Source of the DNA: Anthoceros angustus
Lineage: Eukaryota > Plantae > Anthocerotophyta
Reading direction: 5' to 3'
DNA length: 64,000 bases
NCBI GenBank assembly: GCA_010909165.1
Contig: MU008172.1
Coordinates: 992,001-1,056,000 of the forward strand
Part shown: piece by piece, positions 46,276 through 59,920 of the stretch
Layout of the letters: every line of letters begins with the position of its first letter
How positions within the stretch are numbered: the stretch's first letter is position 1
Notes under the pieces: model-generated
The model's input: the letters and a program-made list of their open reading frames with translations, nothing else
The model's database searches: none
What the model was told of the DNA's origin: nothing
Made by a program: the position numbers and the translations under genes

Positions 46276-49200
46276 ATGGCAACGCCACATGTACGATTTC
46301 AGCATGGCTGTGACAGACCAGCTGTGAAGGTGCCTTCCAGCATGCGCCTGCGGACCGATGCCGCTCAACTTTCCAAGTCCTTTCTAGGGGCGCAGCCGCA
46401 GAGGAAGGCTGTCAGGATCCGGCCTAGATCTGCACCTCTCAGGACTGCTGCTGTGCGGGCTGAAAGGGCGTCTGTTGTATCGGCAGTTGCTGCGCCAGAG
46501 GCTCCAGTGGAGAGTCCTGCGAAGAGCCTGAACAAGTATAGCAGTCGAGTAACACAGCCCAAATCGCAGGGAGCTTCTCAGGCTATCCTGTATGGCGTAG
46601 GCCTAAATGAGGACGATTTGAAGAAGCCTCAGGTGGGTATCTCTTCTGTGTGGTATGAAGGAAACACATGCAACATGCACCTTCTTCGCCTGTCTGAAGC
46701 TGTCAAGGAAGGAGTGGAGGAGGCTGGTCTGGTGGGATTCCGCTTCAACACTGTTGGAGTGAGTGACGCCATCTCTATGGGGACAGAAGGTATGTGTTAC
46801 AGCTTACAGTCGCGAGATCTCATTGCCGACAGCATTGAGACCGTGATGGGTGGCCAGTGGTATGATGCCAACATCTCTATTCCTGGCTGTGATAAAAATG
46901 TGAGTATAATCACCTTTCTCATTTTAATCCGGCATTAGCCGGAGCTGGGCACAGCCAGGAACTCCAGTCACTTGTTCTAAAAACAAGAGCACTCTCTGCA
47001 GATGCCTGGAACCATAATTGCTATGGGGCGGCTTAACAGGCCAAGCATCATGGTGTATGGAGGGACTATCAAGGTGCTTTTCAATTGCGACGAACATGTC
47101 TTACTCTCCTGGCATTCTGTGTTGAAACTGACCTCTGCAAACCTTCGTCGGATCTCAGCCGGGAATAGTTAATGGCAGCTCATACGACATTATATCGGCA
47201 TTTCAAGTAAAGTCTCCCAATATTTCAGTTTTGACCTGGCATTGCTCTTAGTTTGTGGTGGGCTTCTGACAGCATCCAAATTTGGCTATCACTGGTGCTC
47301 GTGCGAAACAGAGTTACGGACAGTTTGTGGGTGGGTTTATTGGTGAAGAAGAGCGAGTTAGCATTTTGAGGAACTCTTGTCCAGGGGCAGGTGCCTGTGG
47401 AGGGATGTACACAGCAAACACAATGGCCAGCGCCATAGAGGCTCTTGGCATGTCCCTGCCTTACAGGTGAAGGATCTGGTCTGTGAGGCACCTTTACGGC
47501 ACTGTTTCGTAGACAGTCAGGAAAATTTTATACCGTGTCTGCTTTCATGAGGTGGGTACGGGTTTTGAACTGCAGCCTCTATGCTGCTCGTGGCCTTGCA
47601 GCTCATCAATTCCAGCAGAAGACCCATTAAAGCTCCAAGAATGTCGCTTGGCAGGGAAGTACATTTTAGAGCTTCTGAAGAATGATCTTAAACCTAGGGA
47701 CATCATCACAAAGAAGTCCTTGGAAAATGCAATGGTGGTGGTTATGGCTCTTGGTGGCTCTACCAATGCTGTCCTGCACCTTATTGCAATAGCCCGGTTA
47801 GTTATGGGGGCCCTCTTCCTGCCGGCAATATGCTTACGAACTGACCGTTCTGCTAGAGTAAGGTGAGAGTGGCATTCTTTCGGTTTTGCAGATCCGTGGG
47901 TGTAACCTTAACACTGGATGAGTTTCAGAGGGTTAGTGACAAGATTCCATTCATTGGAGATTTGAAGCCAAGTGGGAAGTATGTGATGGAAGACGTGCAT
48001 AAGGTATGACAGGCTTGCAGTGGACATGCAGTACTTGAGGGCAATGGTAGTGTGTGGGTTGACATGCATGTTGATGACCTGCATTGTGGATCAGGTGGGT
48101 GGGACACCGGCTGTGCTCCGTTATCTCTTAGAAAATGAGCTGCTTGATGGAAGCTGCATAACTGGTAAGCACCTTACAGTCACTCGCGTATGGGCTCAGT
48201 GGGATGAGATGGTGTCTGAATATTGCCTACTACGAGGTGTATGATATTGCAGTGACTGGGAAAACTCTGGAGGAGAATGTAAGAGATGTGCCACCATTGT
48301 CAGCGGGTCAGGTACGTCGGATATTGGAACGTGTCGAAGGAGGGTTGGGATGGCTCTCTTCGGTGGAAGGTGGTGGGCATTTCTGGTTTAAGCGACATTG
48401 GTGAGCATTTATCCATTCACGTGTTCCTTGCTCCAGACGGTTATTCAGCCTTTGGATAAGCCTATCAAAGAAAGCGGCCACATCCAAATTCTGTATGGGA
48501 ATCTCGCACCAGAGGGCTCCGTTGCCAAAATTACTGGCAAAGAAGGACTCTACTTTCGGGGTAGATGACATGTGACACCGTTTTATGGTGGTGAGTTGGT
48601 GAGCATGAGGTGAACAGAAGGCTTGAGACATGAGAAAATGTTTGCTCTGGGCAGGTGTTGCGAAGGTATTTGATGGGGAGGAAGCAATGTTGGATGCCCT
48701 GTCAAAGGACCCTCAGAGCTTCAAGGTCAGGAAGGGTGGCGTTGGCGGAAGATGATTGACTTGGGTGGGAGAGTCTGGAACGCAGGCTAAACAAGCTGGT
48801 GTGCTGAGTGTTGCAGGGATCAGTGGTAGTAATAAAAGGAGAGGGCCCGAAAGGAGGTCCAGGGATGCCTGAGATGCTGACACCAACCAGCGCCATCATG
48901 GGAGCCGGACTGGGCAAGGTTGATTCAGACTTGTAATGTTAGCAGCAAGGAATGTTTGGAAACCTGATCGAGCTCTTTCGGTTGCAGGATGTGGCCTTAC
49001 TGACGGACGGGAGGTTTTCAGGGGGTTCCCATGGTTTTGTGGTGGGCCATGTATGCCCTGAAGCGCAGGTGAGCACTAATATGAAAGTCACGGAACGGAT
49101 GGAGTGAGCAAGAGACTGTAGAGAGCTGATGTCTGCCTGCTGCCTTGCAGGTGGGAGGGCCCATTGCACTGGTTCAAGATGGGGACGTGATCACGATCGA

Positions 49201-49453
49201 TGTCCGTAATCGGAGCATTAACGCGGATGTGAGCGAGGATGAGTGGCGGAAGCGGCGCAGCGTGTGGACAGCTCCGCCGCTTAAGTTCACCCGCGGCACT
49301 TTGTATAAGGTAGTTGCAGGGAGGCTGCCGTCCTTATTATTGGACTAAGGTAATTTTCTTTTAATTTCTCCGATTCACTCTGGCTGTTGTGACCTGCTGC
49401 AGTATATCAAGAACGTGAACTCGGCATCGCTGGGCTGTGTGACCGATGAGTGA
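46276..49453 (+). CDS. DHAD: Dihydroxy-acid dehydratase (branched-chain amino acid synthesis), multi-exon
   Basis: [79 protein letters not shown] and [16 protein letters not shown]. Confidence 0.97.
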
Positions 49454-50469
49454 CGACGCTTGCCACAATCAATTTCTTGACAGCTTTTGTAGAGGAAAGG
49501 CCATTTTTCATGGCCCGTATATTTCTTGCGCGGGCTCACGGTAGAGCTTTTCGACCTATGGCAGACCTATCGGAAGACAAAACCTTTCCAGGGTTTCTGT
49601 CGAGACACTTTAAAGTAGGTATAAGATATTCTATGGGTATGAGGTCGTACTTCGGTCACCTAAAAGCTTGGAAGTCACGTTTTTGCCTCGTCTTTCTTTA
49701 TGTGCAACGTCATCAGGCCCGACCGGGCCTGGCTCAGCGGCTCGTGCCGGATCGCCAAGAGGCCATTTTGCCTTACAATGTAATGAGCGCGCCGCTCGAA
49801 GCAGTGGGGCCCGCCATCAGGCATGCCTGATGGCATACGACCAGCGTATGTAAAGCGTAGGGCTTGCAAGACGGATACCCGATGGCCATTAAGGCCGACA
49901 CGTGTGTCCGCACAGCCCTCCACGGCCACGATATGTACCTCTGTACATATGTCCTTGCCCATCACCATGCTATCTTGAGTCATGCATAATCCGAACCGGT
50001 GGCCAAAAGTTTTGACGCCCGTGCGCCGTATAACACTAACACGGGACATGAGAAAGCCGCTCGTCCCTACCCGCTTACATGTTACTAATAATACTTGTTT
50101 AAGGCTCCAAGTGTACCCCGGCTCACAAGTTTATGATATGTAAACTCCCGTCATTTGCATAGCGTGAGATGTGAGTTTAGCTTCCTAAATTAGGGTTATT
50201 TAACCATACTGACCTAAACTGGGTTTCTTCTCAATATGACCATTCTAGGGCACCAGCGCAGCAAAAACATGTGAAGGTGGTTCACATACTCTTTTCTAGA
50301 GTGGGAGACTTTATTGGGGGAATGAGTGCTATAAGTTCCCATCCTACGAACTTCTACAAGAAGAATTCTAAGGGCTTGGGGAATTTACCTCGCCCTGCAG
50401 TACCGACAATGCATACAGCTGCATCATATGTTAGGTAAGAAGGTTTGAAGTATGCAGATTGTTTTATTA

Positions 50470-52480
50470 CTTAGGGAGGCATTAACATTGTGAGGTGGCT
50501 TGTGTGTATTGGTGTTCTTACGGCCGGAAGACTTTCGCCAAAAGGAGGTGGGAGTGTCACGTGGTGCTAATACTAAATGTAAGGTCCTCCGTGGAGAGAG
50601 TGTCACATGGTTGCCAAGCAAATTTTAGGGTGAAGAAACTTCTGTGGCCTAAGGTTCCGAGAGATTGGTCTTTTGAACATAGGCATATTGACCTTTCAAA
50701 TGCTATATGTCATGGGCACAGTGCGAAGGCTTACCCGTGATGTCGAGCGATGGCACAAGAAAAGAAGGATTGGATCAGGCATTGCCTATATTGCAAAGTT
50801 CTGTTGATGAAATAATGCGTCGGCATCAAGATGCATTGTATGCTCGAATCAACAATCAGACAAAGGTATATGAGCTAGTAAGAGATGATTATATGCAAAG
50901 ATATGATGTTCTCAATATACTTACACAAGTTGAAGTTGGTGAATGGAAGCTAGCCCCGGATGATGCCACATCAATGTCACCGTGGTTGGAGCAAAATGCG
51001 TCTATAGTCTTCCACCAATCAAGCGAGAATCAACCTTTCGCTTTGGGTATTCAAACTCCTTTTATGTTAAATTGCATGTTGCTTTATGGGAATAGTAATG
51101 TGCTTGCTGTGGATGCAACTTTTGGGTTGAACAGGTATCGCTACCAATTATTTACTGTGATAGGTTTTGACCATTACTTGAACGGTGTTCCATTAGCATG
51201 GGCTATTACAAAAGATGCTACTACTAAGTCACTTGTCAGGTGGCTTTCAACTTTACGGAAGAAGGTTGAAAAGATCAACAAGGATTTGACACCTAGTTCA
51301 TTCCTTGTTGATGATTGTCAAGCAGAGATTTCTGCTATTTGCTCAGTGTGGAATCATAACATACCTATATTATTATGCTTGTGGCATGTGCGAAAAGCGT
51401 GGAGAGAATTTATCCAAGAAAGTGTACTCACAAAGTAATCGAATTTCAATATGGCCAGAGCTAGGGATATTATGTATGGGGGGCAAGCACATCTTCAGGT
51501 GTTTCCATAGGAAGAAGTATGCTACACAATTTTTATGACAAGTGGGGAACAAGCGAAGGAGACTTTGTGAGATATACGAAGGTCCAATGGGGAGAGACTA
51601 TAGATATGTGGTTGTGTAATGCTAGAATGTTGCCTCATGCAGGGCAACATACAACTTCAGCTGTGGAAGGATTCCATAGATTTATAAAAGAACGTGCAGC
51701 ATTTAGCAAGTCAAGTTTGCCTGGTCGTAAACTAGACTGGTTACTACACCAATTAGTGAATGTTGTTGCCCGACATTATTGGTACCGGCACTTCACAAAG
51801 AAGGGGATCTGGGCACAAGAAGCTGGAGGCTTTGGAGGAAACCTATGAAGGGTGCAGAAACTATTCCTATTAGCTCAGTTGTTTTACCGCATGCCGAAAA
51901 TGTTGCTGCACATTGTTTGTCTTCATCGACCCCTAACTTGTGATATGTGATTGAATATGTTTACTTTCCTTGGGCTACATGTCATGTCCAATGGGGAACA
52001 AAGGTTTCATCTGCAAGCATGTGGTGAAAGTTCAACAACTCCTTGGCATACACAAGGATGGTACAGCAGCAGCTAGGCAAAATGGAAGAACAAATGGAGC
52101 GTATGTTGCTGAAAGTAGTGATACCAACACCTTGGCTATGGCTTTTTGGATGCAGGTTCAAGAACCTCCACACATTGTGTTGCCTAGTAGCCCCTTGGTG
52201 GCACCAATATGTAAGACGCGATTGGAGATGGCAAAAGAAAAATGGTTGGATTTTATTAAAACGGCATGTGCTGAAGTATGTGATTCCGCATTTGAGCGTT
52301 CAGATTTAGCTTTTGGGATAGCCCTGCATTATGGAGCAAATTCAAAAAAGCTGAGCTAGTTAGTGGCACAAGCAGACGAAGAACCTCAACGGAAACAAGT
52401 GTTGGAAACTTTTGCTGAGAATGAGGGCACAAACAGACTGAAACGATATGATTGTTGGATTGGAGGAAGTTGTGTGTAAG
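50470..52480 (+). mobile_element. Mutator-like (MULE) transposase relic with SWIM zinc finger, interrupted by stops and frameshifts
   Basis: AVDATFGLNRY, GVPLAWAI, FLVDDCQAE, LCLWHVRKAW, TTSAVEGFH and SCPMGNKGFICKHV. Confidence 0.88.
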
Positions 52481-52556
52481 AAGAAAAAGACGGTGAGGTG
52501 GAACATAGGCAGTTGATAAAGGGTGGATTGAATGATGAGCTGAAATAGGCTTTTAA

Positions 52557-55143
52557 CAGCGTCTGTTTAGAAAAGGGTTTCTCCTGAAACCTCTTTTTGC
52601 ACACGGACTTGGCCGGACCTTTTTTTGCACTTGAAAAAATCCGCACTATAATCAGGCTTTTTGATATTTCTCTGCAGACATGTTACCCGCAACCTTTTGA
52701 ATAATTGTTTTGACACACGTTATTTGAGATTGTAGATTGCAAGTACGTGGCAAAACCTAAAGTCCCATTCTCGCTCGGCTTTTTTCAAATCGACACAAAA
52801 TTACAAGCAAACTTATGCCGACTTACATCTAAATAGCTTCCAACATCCGCAATCATTGCGTGTTGGACGATACAAACATTTAGAGTTTTAGGGCTTGTCA
52901 GATTGGTGCAAACTTGTTTGCGCACCAACCTTTCATTCATACTAGTCAATCCTATGACTATACTCTCGCTCCGAGAATTTTACAGGACTTTGTTTCTTAG
53001 ACATTGGGACAATAATATCTTCTTTGGCCTGATGCTCTTGATCCACGTCTAGTGCAAGAATGAGAGTGGCATGGTCTGCACTTAGAGCTGGGCCCACGCC
53101 AAACGTCTCAAGATTCAAAAGATGCAAAAGGTTCTCACTACTAGTTCAAAGTTTTAACCACTAGAAAAAAGATGAGGGTTAAGTAAAGATAAGAACATAT
53201 CCACATTAGGGAGCTGCACAAAAAAGGTTGAAAACGTCGAAAGGAACCCTTTAAAACAACAAAAAACTATACAAAATGCAAAAATTGTCAAAATTTTAGA
53301 GCAAGTCACTTGCCTCAAAAACTGGACTTTTTGTAATATTTTTAGGGGTCTTTAGGGTTTTTAGGGCTTGTCAGCTGTGCAAACTTACGCAACCTTTCAT
53401 TCATACTAGTCAATCCTATGACTATACTCGCCTCGAGAATTTTCTGGACTTTGTTCCTTAGACATTGGGACAATAATATCTTCTTTGGCCTGATGCTCTT
53501 GATCCACGCCTAGTGCGAGAATGAGAGTGGCATGGTCCGCACTTAGAGCCCACGCCAAACGCCTCAAGATTCAAAAGATGCAAAAGGTTCTCACTACTAG
53601 TTCAAAGTTTTAACCACTAGAAAAAGATGAGGGTTAAGTAAAGATAAGAACATATCCACATTAGGGAGCTGCACAAAAAGGTTGAAAACGCCGAAAGGAA
53701 CCCTTTAAAACAACAAAAATATACAAAATGCAAAAATTGTCAAAATTTTAGAGCAAGTCACTTGCCTCAAAAACTGGACTTTTGTAATATTTTTAGGGTC
53801 TTTAGGGTTTTTAGGGCTTGTCAGCTGTGCAAACTTACGCAACCTTTCATTCATACTAGTCAATCCTATGACTATACTCGCCTCGAGAATTTTCTGGACT
53901 TTGTTCCTTAGACATTGGGACAATAATATCTTCTTTGGCCTGATGCTCTTGATCCACGCCTAGTGCGAGAATGAGAGTGGCATGGTCCGCACTTAGAGCC
54001 CACGCCAAACGCCTCAAGATTCAAAAGATGCAAAAGGTTCTCACTACTAGTTCAAAGTTTTAACCACTAGAAAAAGATGAGGGTTAAGTAAAGATAAGAA
54101 CATATCCACATTAGGGGTGCACAAAAAGGTTGAAAACGCCGAAAGGAACCCTTTAAAACAACAAAAATATACAAAAAATGCAAAAATTGTCAAAATTTTA
54201 GAGCAAGTGCGCACTTGCCTCAAAAACTGGACTTTTGTAATATTTTTAAGGGTTTTAGACTTTTGCTCTTTTCTTTGGATGAACGTCAGGAATGCACTAG
54301 GAGGCATGAACCATTTGGGTTCATGCTCCCGACTTCTTGACCTTGGGTGCGTGCACTTGTGCACACTTGGGCCTCCTTGCCCCGGTGCGCGCACAAGTCG
54401 CACACGGGCATCCTGCCCACAGTGCGCAAACTTATGCGCGCACAAGTGCGCACAAGTGCGCACTTATGCGCGCACCGGCCCCTTGCCCCGGTGCGCGCAC
54501 CGGGCCCCTGCCCGGTGCATGCACTTGTTCACCCAGTGGGCCCCAGCATGTTTGATGATAACCGGTACTAGGTCATCACGAAAGAGACTAAACACCGTAA
54601 AGAATAAAAGGGGATAGGGTGTTCTTCGTCGCATTAGGGCATAGGATAGGTATATAAGAGTGGTCTAGGTGAACCTCCGATGTCTACTACTTGTTATTTT
54701 GTCGGGAGTTCGGCATCCTCGACCGCCAAAGGACATGCTTCCCCATTAGAAGATCATTTTTCGCGTTCTTTTTGCACAGTGCATGCACAAGTTTGCACAT
54801 AGCGTTGTTTAGGCGCGCACTTATGCACGCCTAGGCCCCCCTGGTATACAAAAACATACAAAACCACACAAAATGCAGAACCTACAGACATGACGAAATT
54901 ATGGAACAATGAGGTCACTGGCCTTACATCACACCGACTAAATCGCCATAAACTTGAGTTTAAGGCGCCAGCGCGGTGTAAATGACTCGACAGGAAGTGG
55001 TACCGGAGCCGAGAATGCCCGAAACCGATGGATGAACACCTACAAAACCAACAAAACCAAACCAACCCGGTTCCGGCGAAATAGGGTTGGGATTTTTTCC
55101 AAAACCCCTTTTGACAGGAGAAACCCCTTTCTAAACAGACGCT
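52557..55143. mobile_element. Non-autonomous TIR element (29-bp TIRs) with an internal tandem array
   Basis: agcgtctgtttagaaaagggtttctcctg (52558-52586) versus caggagaaacccctttctaaacagacgct (55115-55143), 1 mismatch. No coding capacity seen. Confidence 0.7.
52880..54260. repeat. Tandem array of about 450-464-bp units x3, with TTTAGGG triplets at the unit junctions
   Basis: aacctttcattcatactag at 52927, 53391 and 53841; tttaggg at 53341/53351/53360 and 53792/53801/53810. Confidence 0.92.
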
Positions 55144-55369
55144 CTTTTTTGGTTTTAGAAGCTGACCAATCCACTTTTGTAGGGTGCTGAGAGGAGATAG
55201 CAGATAGCACTCAATTTTGATCGGGTCAATTACGCTTTTCGTTTTAGAAGGTCAGAATCCACTCTTCTGGTTTTAGAAGGTGAGAATTCGGCTCATTGCC
55301 TGCAGCATGCACTATGTACAGCAACTCCTCCAAACCCGGTGAGGAAACTTAAGCACTAAAGCCTGTTGT

Positions 55370-56170
55370 AAGAAGTGCCCATTCCCTACCACCACCGATC
55401 ATGTTGATCGAACATGTTTCTGCCGCAGCTTCTGCCACCTTCTCGGGACCGAACCCAAAGTTGCACATGTTTGTGAAGGATCGCATGTGCTTCATGCCAT
55501 ACTGGGTCAGCGAGCCACACTCACTTTCGTAAGCCCGCACCTGCATTCATGCATCTAGACATCTAGATTAACCTCAAATCTTTGTGAAAGAGAAAACGAA
55601 ACATTACAAAGACAAATTTCTGCCCACTTACCTTGAGGGCCTTTGCCGACAAGAGGCAAGGCCGGCGTATCGCCGTCCCGTAACATTTGGGCCCCACTCA
55701 AACCCGAAGAGCAGCTTCCCCATCAAGTTGACACTGGAGTCGATGTGTGCACGGTGAGACATTATTCTTGCCATGTCCTGAGCAGCTTCCACTTTGTTTG
55801 TCGACCCTTCTAGTGAATGCTTGTACTGGAAAATCAGTCGCAAAGGGGACAAGGAAGAGAAGGATCAATGTCAGACATGCAAAAACCAATTACCCTCGTC
55901 CCTTCTAAAGTTCACTGCAAATCCACATGAAGAGTAATGATGCTTGTACCTTGTGCCAATAGTGCAGCAAATTAGCATGACGTTGATTCACAGCCAGTGA
56001 CTCCCCAGCAGGTAGATTGTTCTCGGAAATGCCCATGTCCGACAAGTTAGGCCTGCTGATGTTCGCAGAGGGTCATAGCCTAAGAAGAGACATAATCTGT
56101 CGCCTATTGCATCACATGTGATCCAGATCTGTAAGTGTTGTCATTCGAGGTCCTCTTCTTCACCTGTCAA
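55370..56170 (-). pseudogene. VPE: Legumain/vacuolar processing enzyme pseudogene, C-terminal exons only
   Basis: VKKRT...GSHVMQ*, AVNQRHANLLHYWHK, MSHRAHIDSSV and CGSLTQYGMKHMRSFTNMCN. Frameshifts occur at the QYGD, YDPAN and PLVDDWDCLK positions; introns are retained. Confidence 0.85.
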
Positions 56171-57372
56171 AGAAGAGGAACACCAACAAGGAGATGAGCA
56201 CAAATGAGTCCTGCAATTGAAGGAACAGTATCGTGTCTCTCAAAACTAACAAGAGGATGTGAGATGGGAGTTTCTGCACTCATTATGAGGTACTGATCTA
56301 CATGAGGCGTGAATCCACATGGTCTCTCATAAACATGGTTTTAGGCCTGGTCTCCACACCTGCACCGGGCAGCAGATTAGGCGTCTTGTCGCATCTGCAC
56401 CGCTCTCTTTTTAGATCGGTTCACCCGCGATGAGAACTGCATAGCTTTGAAAACCTGATTTGAAACCTGGACTTCAAACGGACGGGTTTGGAAACCTTTC
56501 ATCCCGGGTATGGAAAGTCAGGTATGGAAATGCAAGTACAGAGAACGGGTGAAAAACCCGAATATGCGACGGGAACCATAAACTGAGTTGCTATGTCGTG
56601 TATGTCGATATGAAGCCATGATACATCGTGTTGCGCGGTACATCGGGTTGCACATCCGCACGGGTCTGCTGACCGTATTTGCCTTAATGGCCATCGGGTA
56701 TCGATGGGAAAGCAAAGCCTACGGGCGTATATCAATAGCCGGCACTCGCGTTCGCGGTTCAGCAACATGACCGGGAAGGCACGCACAAGCACAAGCCTCT
56801 CCGATCACCAGCCTTCAAAGAATTTGTGTGCGCGCGTTTTGGAGGTGATGGAACACTACGCTGATGCGTGCGACATCGAATTGTCCGGTACGGTATGGAC
56901 CATGATGCTGGTGCACTAGTAAGATCCATTGAAAGTCCAAAACTTTGGAATGTGTGGCTGTTGCAAGAGCGGAATGTCGGCCACAAGGTGGATTGCGAGG
57001 CTGCTGCGGCAATGAAGTGTTCCTTTCAGAGAATAAGGATTTCACTTTTCTAGCATCTTGTTGAGTACATTGGGCTTTTATGGCGTTCATAGAAAATGGG
57101 ATTACAGGATTTGATCGATGAGCTTACAAAGGACAACTCGGTGCCTTAAACCAATGTTTCTTTGCGTGTGCAAGTTGTTGGGTATAAGCAGGCTGCATCA
57201 AGGTTGTATTGCGGCTGTTTGACACTGCTATTTGGAGGGACAGAGTGTGCAGAAAATGTGGTCATGAGGGTGCTAGCCAGCTATAATATTGTACAAATTA
57301 GAGGAATTCGTGGCAAACGGTATAGCCTAGACCATAGCCACAACATTTCAAGGAGCCCATGATTTATTTAAC

Positions 57373-58552
57373 CTGCATATGGAGGAGTTTAGTCTCCTCC
57401 AACTTACAGTGAAGGAGAAAGCAACACTAGAGCATATAGTCAGAAGGCCTTTCAATTGTCTATTTTTCTTGCAGCCATTAAGCCATGGACTCAATGCTGC
57501 ATTAATTAATAATCGACATGGCATATGCACATTTTATGCAGCAATTGTTTCCAGAGTACATAGCCAGCGCTCATTTGTAAATACCATATCCACTGTTTTA
57601 ATTGGGAACTCCATATCAACCTATCGTAGTGGAAGAGGGCTATGAGTGGTGGGCTCCATCTTCTTTTGTCTGTTCATTCCATAATGTTCTTGCAAGCTAT
57701 TTCCATTTATATGATCGGGCTTTAAGTTGTAGTGACTCGATTTAGCATTAGTAAAACCTATCCCCGTAGTTAACCTCTCATAAGGGCACTTGATTGTGAA
57801 GTTCCAATGAACTTACGTCTATGTGTTCAAGTAATGCTCCGATAACATCAATAATAAATGCTTGACTCTATCTGTGATATATAAGTTTTTCCATCTACAT
57901 AGCAATATGTGCAAATCCGTGCACAAAGCTATGCCTAGACCGTTGGCCCCATTGCAGCTGCGGGCTAACTGCATATGGAGTTTAGTCTCCTCCAACTTAC
58001 AGTGAAGGAGAAAGCAACACTAGAGCATATAGTCAGAAGGCCTTTCAATTGTCTATTTTTCTTGCAGCCATTAAGCCATGGACTCAATGCTGCATTAATT
58101 AATAATCGACATGGCATATGCACATTTTATGCAGCAATTGTTTCCAGAGTACATAGCCAGCGCTCATTTGTAAATACCATATCCACTGTTTTAATTGGGA
58201 ACTCCATATCAACCTATCGTAGTGGAAGAGGGCTATGAGTGGTGGGCTCCATCTTCTTTTGTCTGTTCATTCCATAATGTTCTTGCAAGCTATTTCCATT
58301 TATATGATCGGGCTTTAAGTTGTAGTGACTCGATTTAGCATTAGTAAAACCTATCCCCGTAGTTAACCTCTCATAAGGGCACTTGATTGTGAAGTTCCAA
58401 TGAACTTACGTCTATGTGTTCAAGTAATGCTCCGATAACATCAATAATAAATGCTTGACTCTATCTGTGATATATAAGTTTTTCCATCTACATAGCAATA
58501 TGTGCAAATCCGTGCACAAAGCTATGCCTAGACCGTTGGCCCCATTGCAGCT
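57373..58552. repeat. Near-perfect direct tandem duplication of about 590 bp
   Basis: 57373-57959 versus 57969-58552 differ mainly by a 3-bp indel near the start. Confidence 0.95.
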
Positions 58553-58664
58553 TGACTGGGCCTAATCGGTGCCGATAATTAGGATCAGCTGGAATTATAC
58601 GAGGGGATGAAGATGCAATTGGGATCATACTTCCTGTAGCCTATGAATATTCCTAGGACATTAG

Positions 58665-58826
58665 GAGGATTGTGTTACCATCATTATAAGGTAATTTCTA
58701 TGAAGCATGAATTTAGTGGGAGGATTGTCGTACTATCGTTAGGTAATTCCTACTAGGCATGAATCTAGCTCGAGAATTGTCATACTCATTATAACGGTAA
58801 TTCCTACCGGGCATGAATCTAGCTGG
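58665..58826. repeat. Degenerate tandem repeat, about 52-55-bp unit x3
   Basis: gag(g/a)attgt...ggtaatt(t/c)cta...gcatgaat(t/c)tag recurs three times. Confidence 0.75.
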
Positions 58827-59920
58827 CTTATGCTTCATTGTTGGAGCAGCAGCAAAAGCGGTAGAAACAAGGACAACTACAATTTCTTTTCAAAGTTTTT
58901 TGTGATTACATATGTGCTAATCATGTTGCTCCACAATGGCGGCAAGCACTTGGGAATTAAATTTTTTTTACTGCTTCTAAGTTATTTTCGATTTACTAAG
59001 CGCGCCGGCCTCCCTCATGTGTGACCTTCAGCGCGAAATTACTTAACCCCATGAGGCCTGAGCGACTCAAAATGAGTCTTTTGGCCATATTTTCACTCCT
59101 CAAATTATTTCTATGCCGATTTGGGCCCTCAGATATTTGAGTAAACCTTTCGACAATGCTCTCGTCCATGTACAATTTCTTACATGAAAATAACAACACC
59201 ATCTTTATGTCTTCTGGGCACCTCGACGAAAACTTCCTCAAGATTCCTTGAAACTATAGTGGATATGCTTAGTTTAGGGGTGAGCATTCTCGTGATGCCT
59301 ACCTACTACCATCCTCCGTTGAGATTGTCTTGCTTTTGGTAGCCCGCTTCAACGCACCCCGTGTGTCGATACTTAGATTACTTTGACCCGGGTTGGTTTG
59401 CATCTTCCAGGAATATCCACACACTTGGTTACAGTTTGACCTAAGATTATCCTAGGGGAGGCCCTCCGCCAGTACCTATTCTTTGACCAGGGAACTGTGG
59501 GCTTGAAACTTAGAGTAACCTTTGGTTACTTTGGAGGGCCCTTTTGTTGCTTTGGGAATTCATATGGCCATGCTTCAAGACAGATGAGGCCCATTTTTTT
59601 TGAGAATGCGCATGATATATGCTGACATGGTTAGTTGATAAAGTTTTCTTAAGAATCGAATCTGTCTTACTCCCTAACCGTGCAAAGATACTCGCGCCCG
59701 GCCCTCTCGCCATGATGGCCTCATGTGCTTTGAAAAATGGTGGGGGACTTCAAATTGATGCAACAGAAAAGTTTCACAGAGGTGTTTGTAAGTAGAGGAC
59801 ATCACTTTGCTAATGAAGAAGTTGAGAATCAAAGAGGTAACAATTTTTTAATGAAAGACAAATAAAAATTTATCAAGTGATAAAGATAAAACTATCTATC
59901 CATCAAAAAGAGGGTCCCCA

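Noticed and set aside
50470-55143. Treating the MULE transposase and the adjacent TIR element as one autonomous transposon
   Set aside because: The TIR at 52558 faces away from the transposase and pairs with 55115-55143. No matching TIR or 9-bp TSD was found left of the transposase.
56450-57100. Short ORFs (60-97 aa) on both strands
   Set aside because: No recognisable motifs or coherent gene structure.
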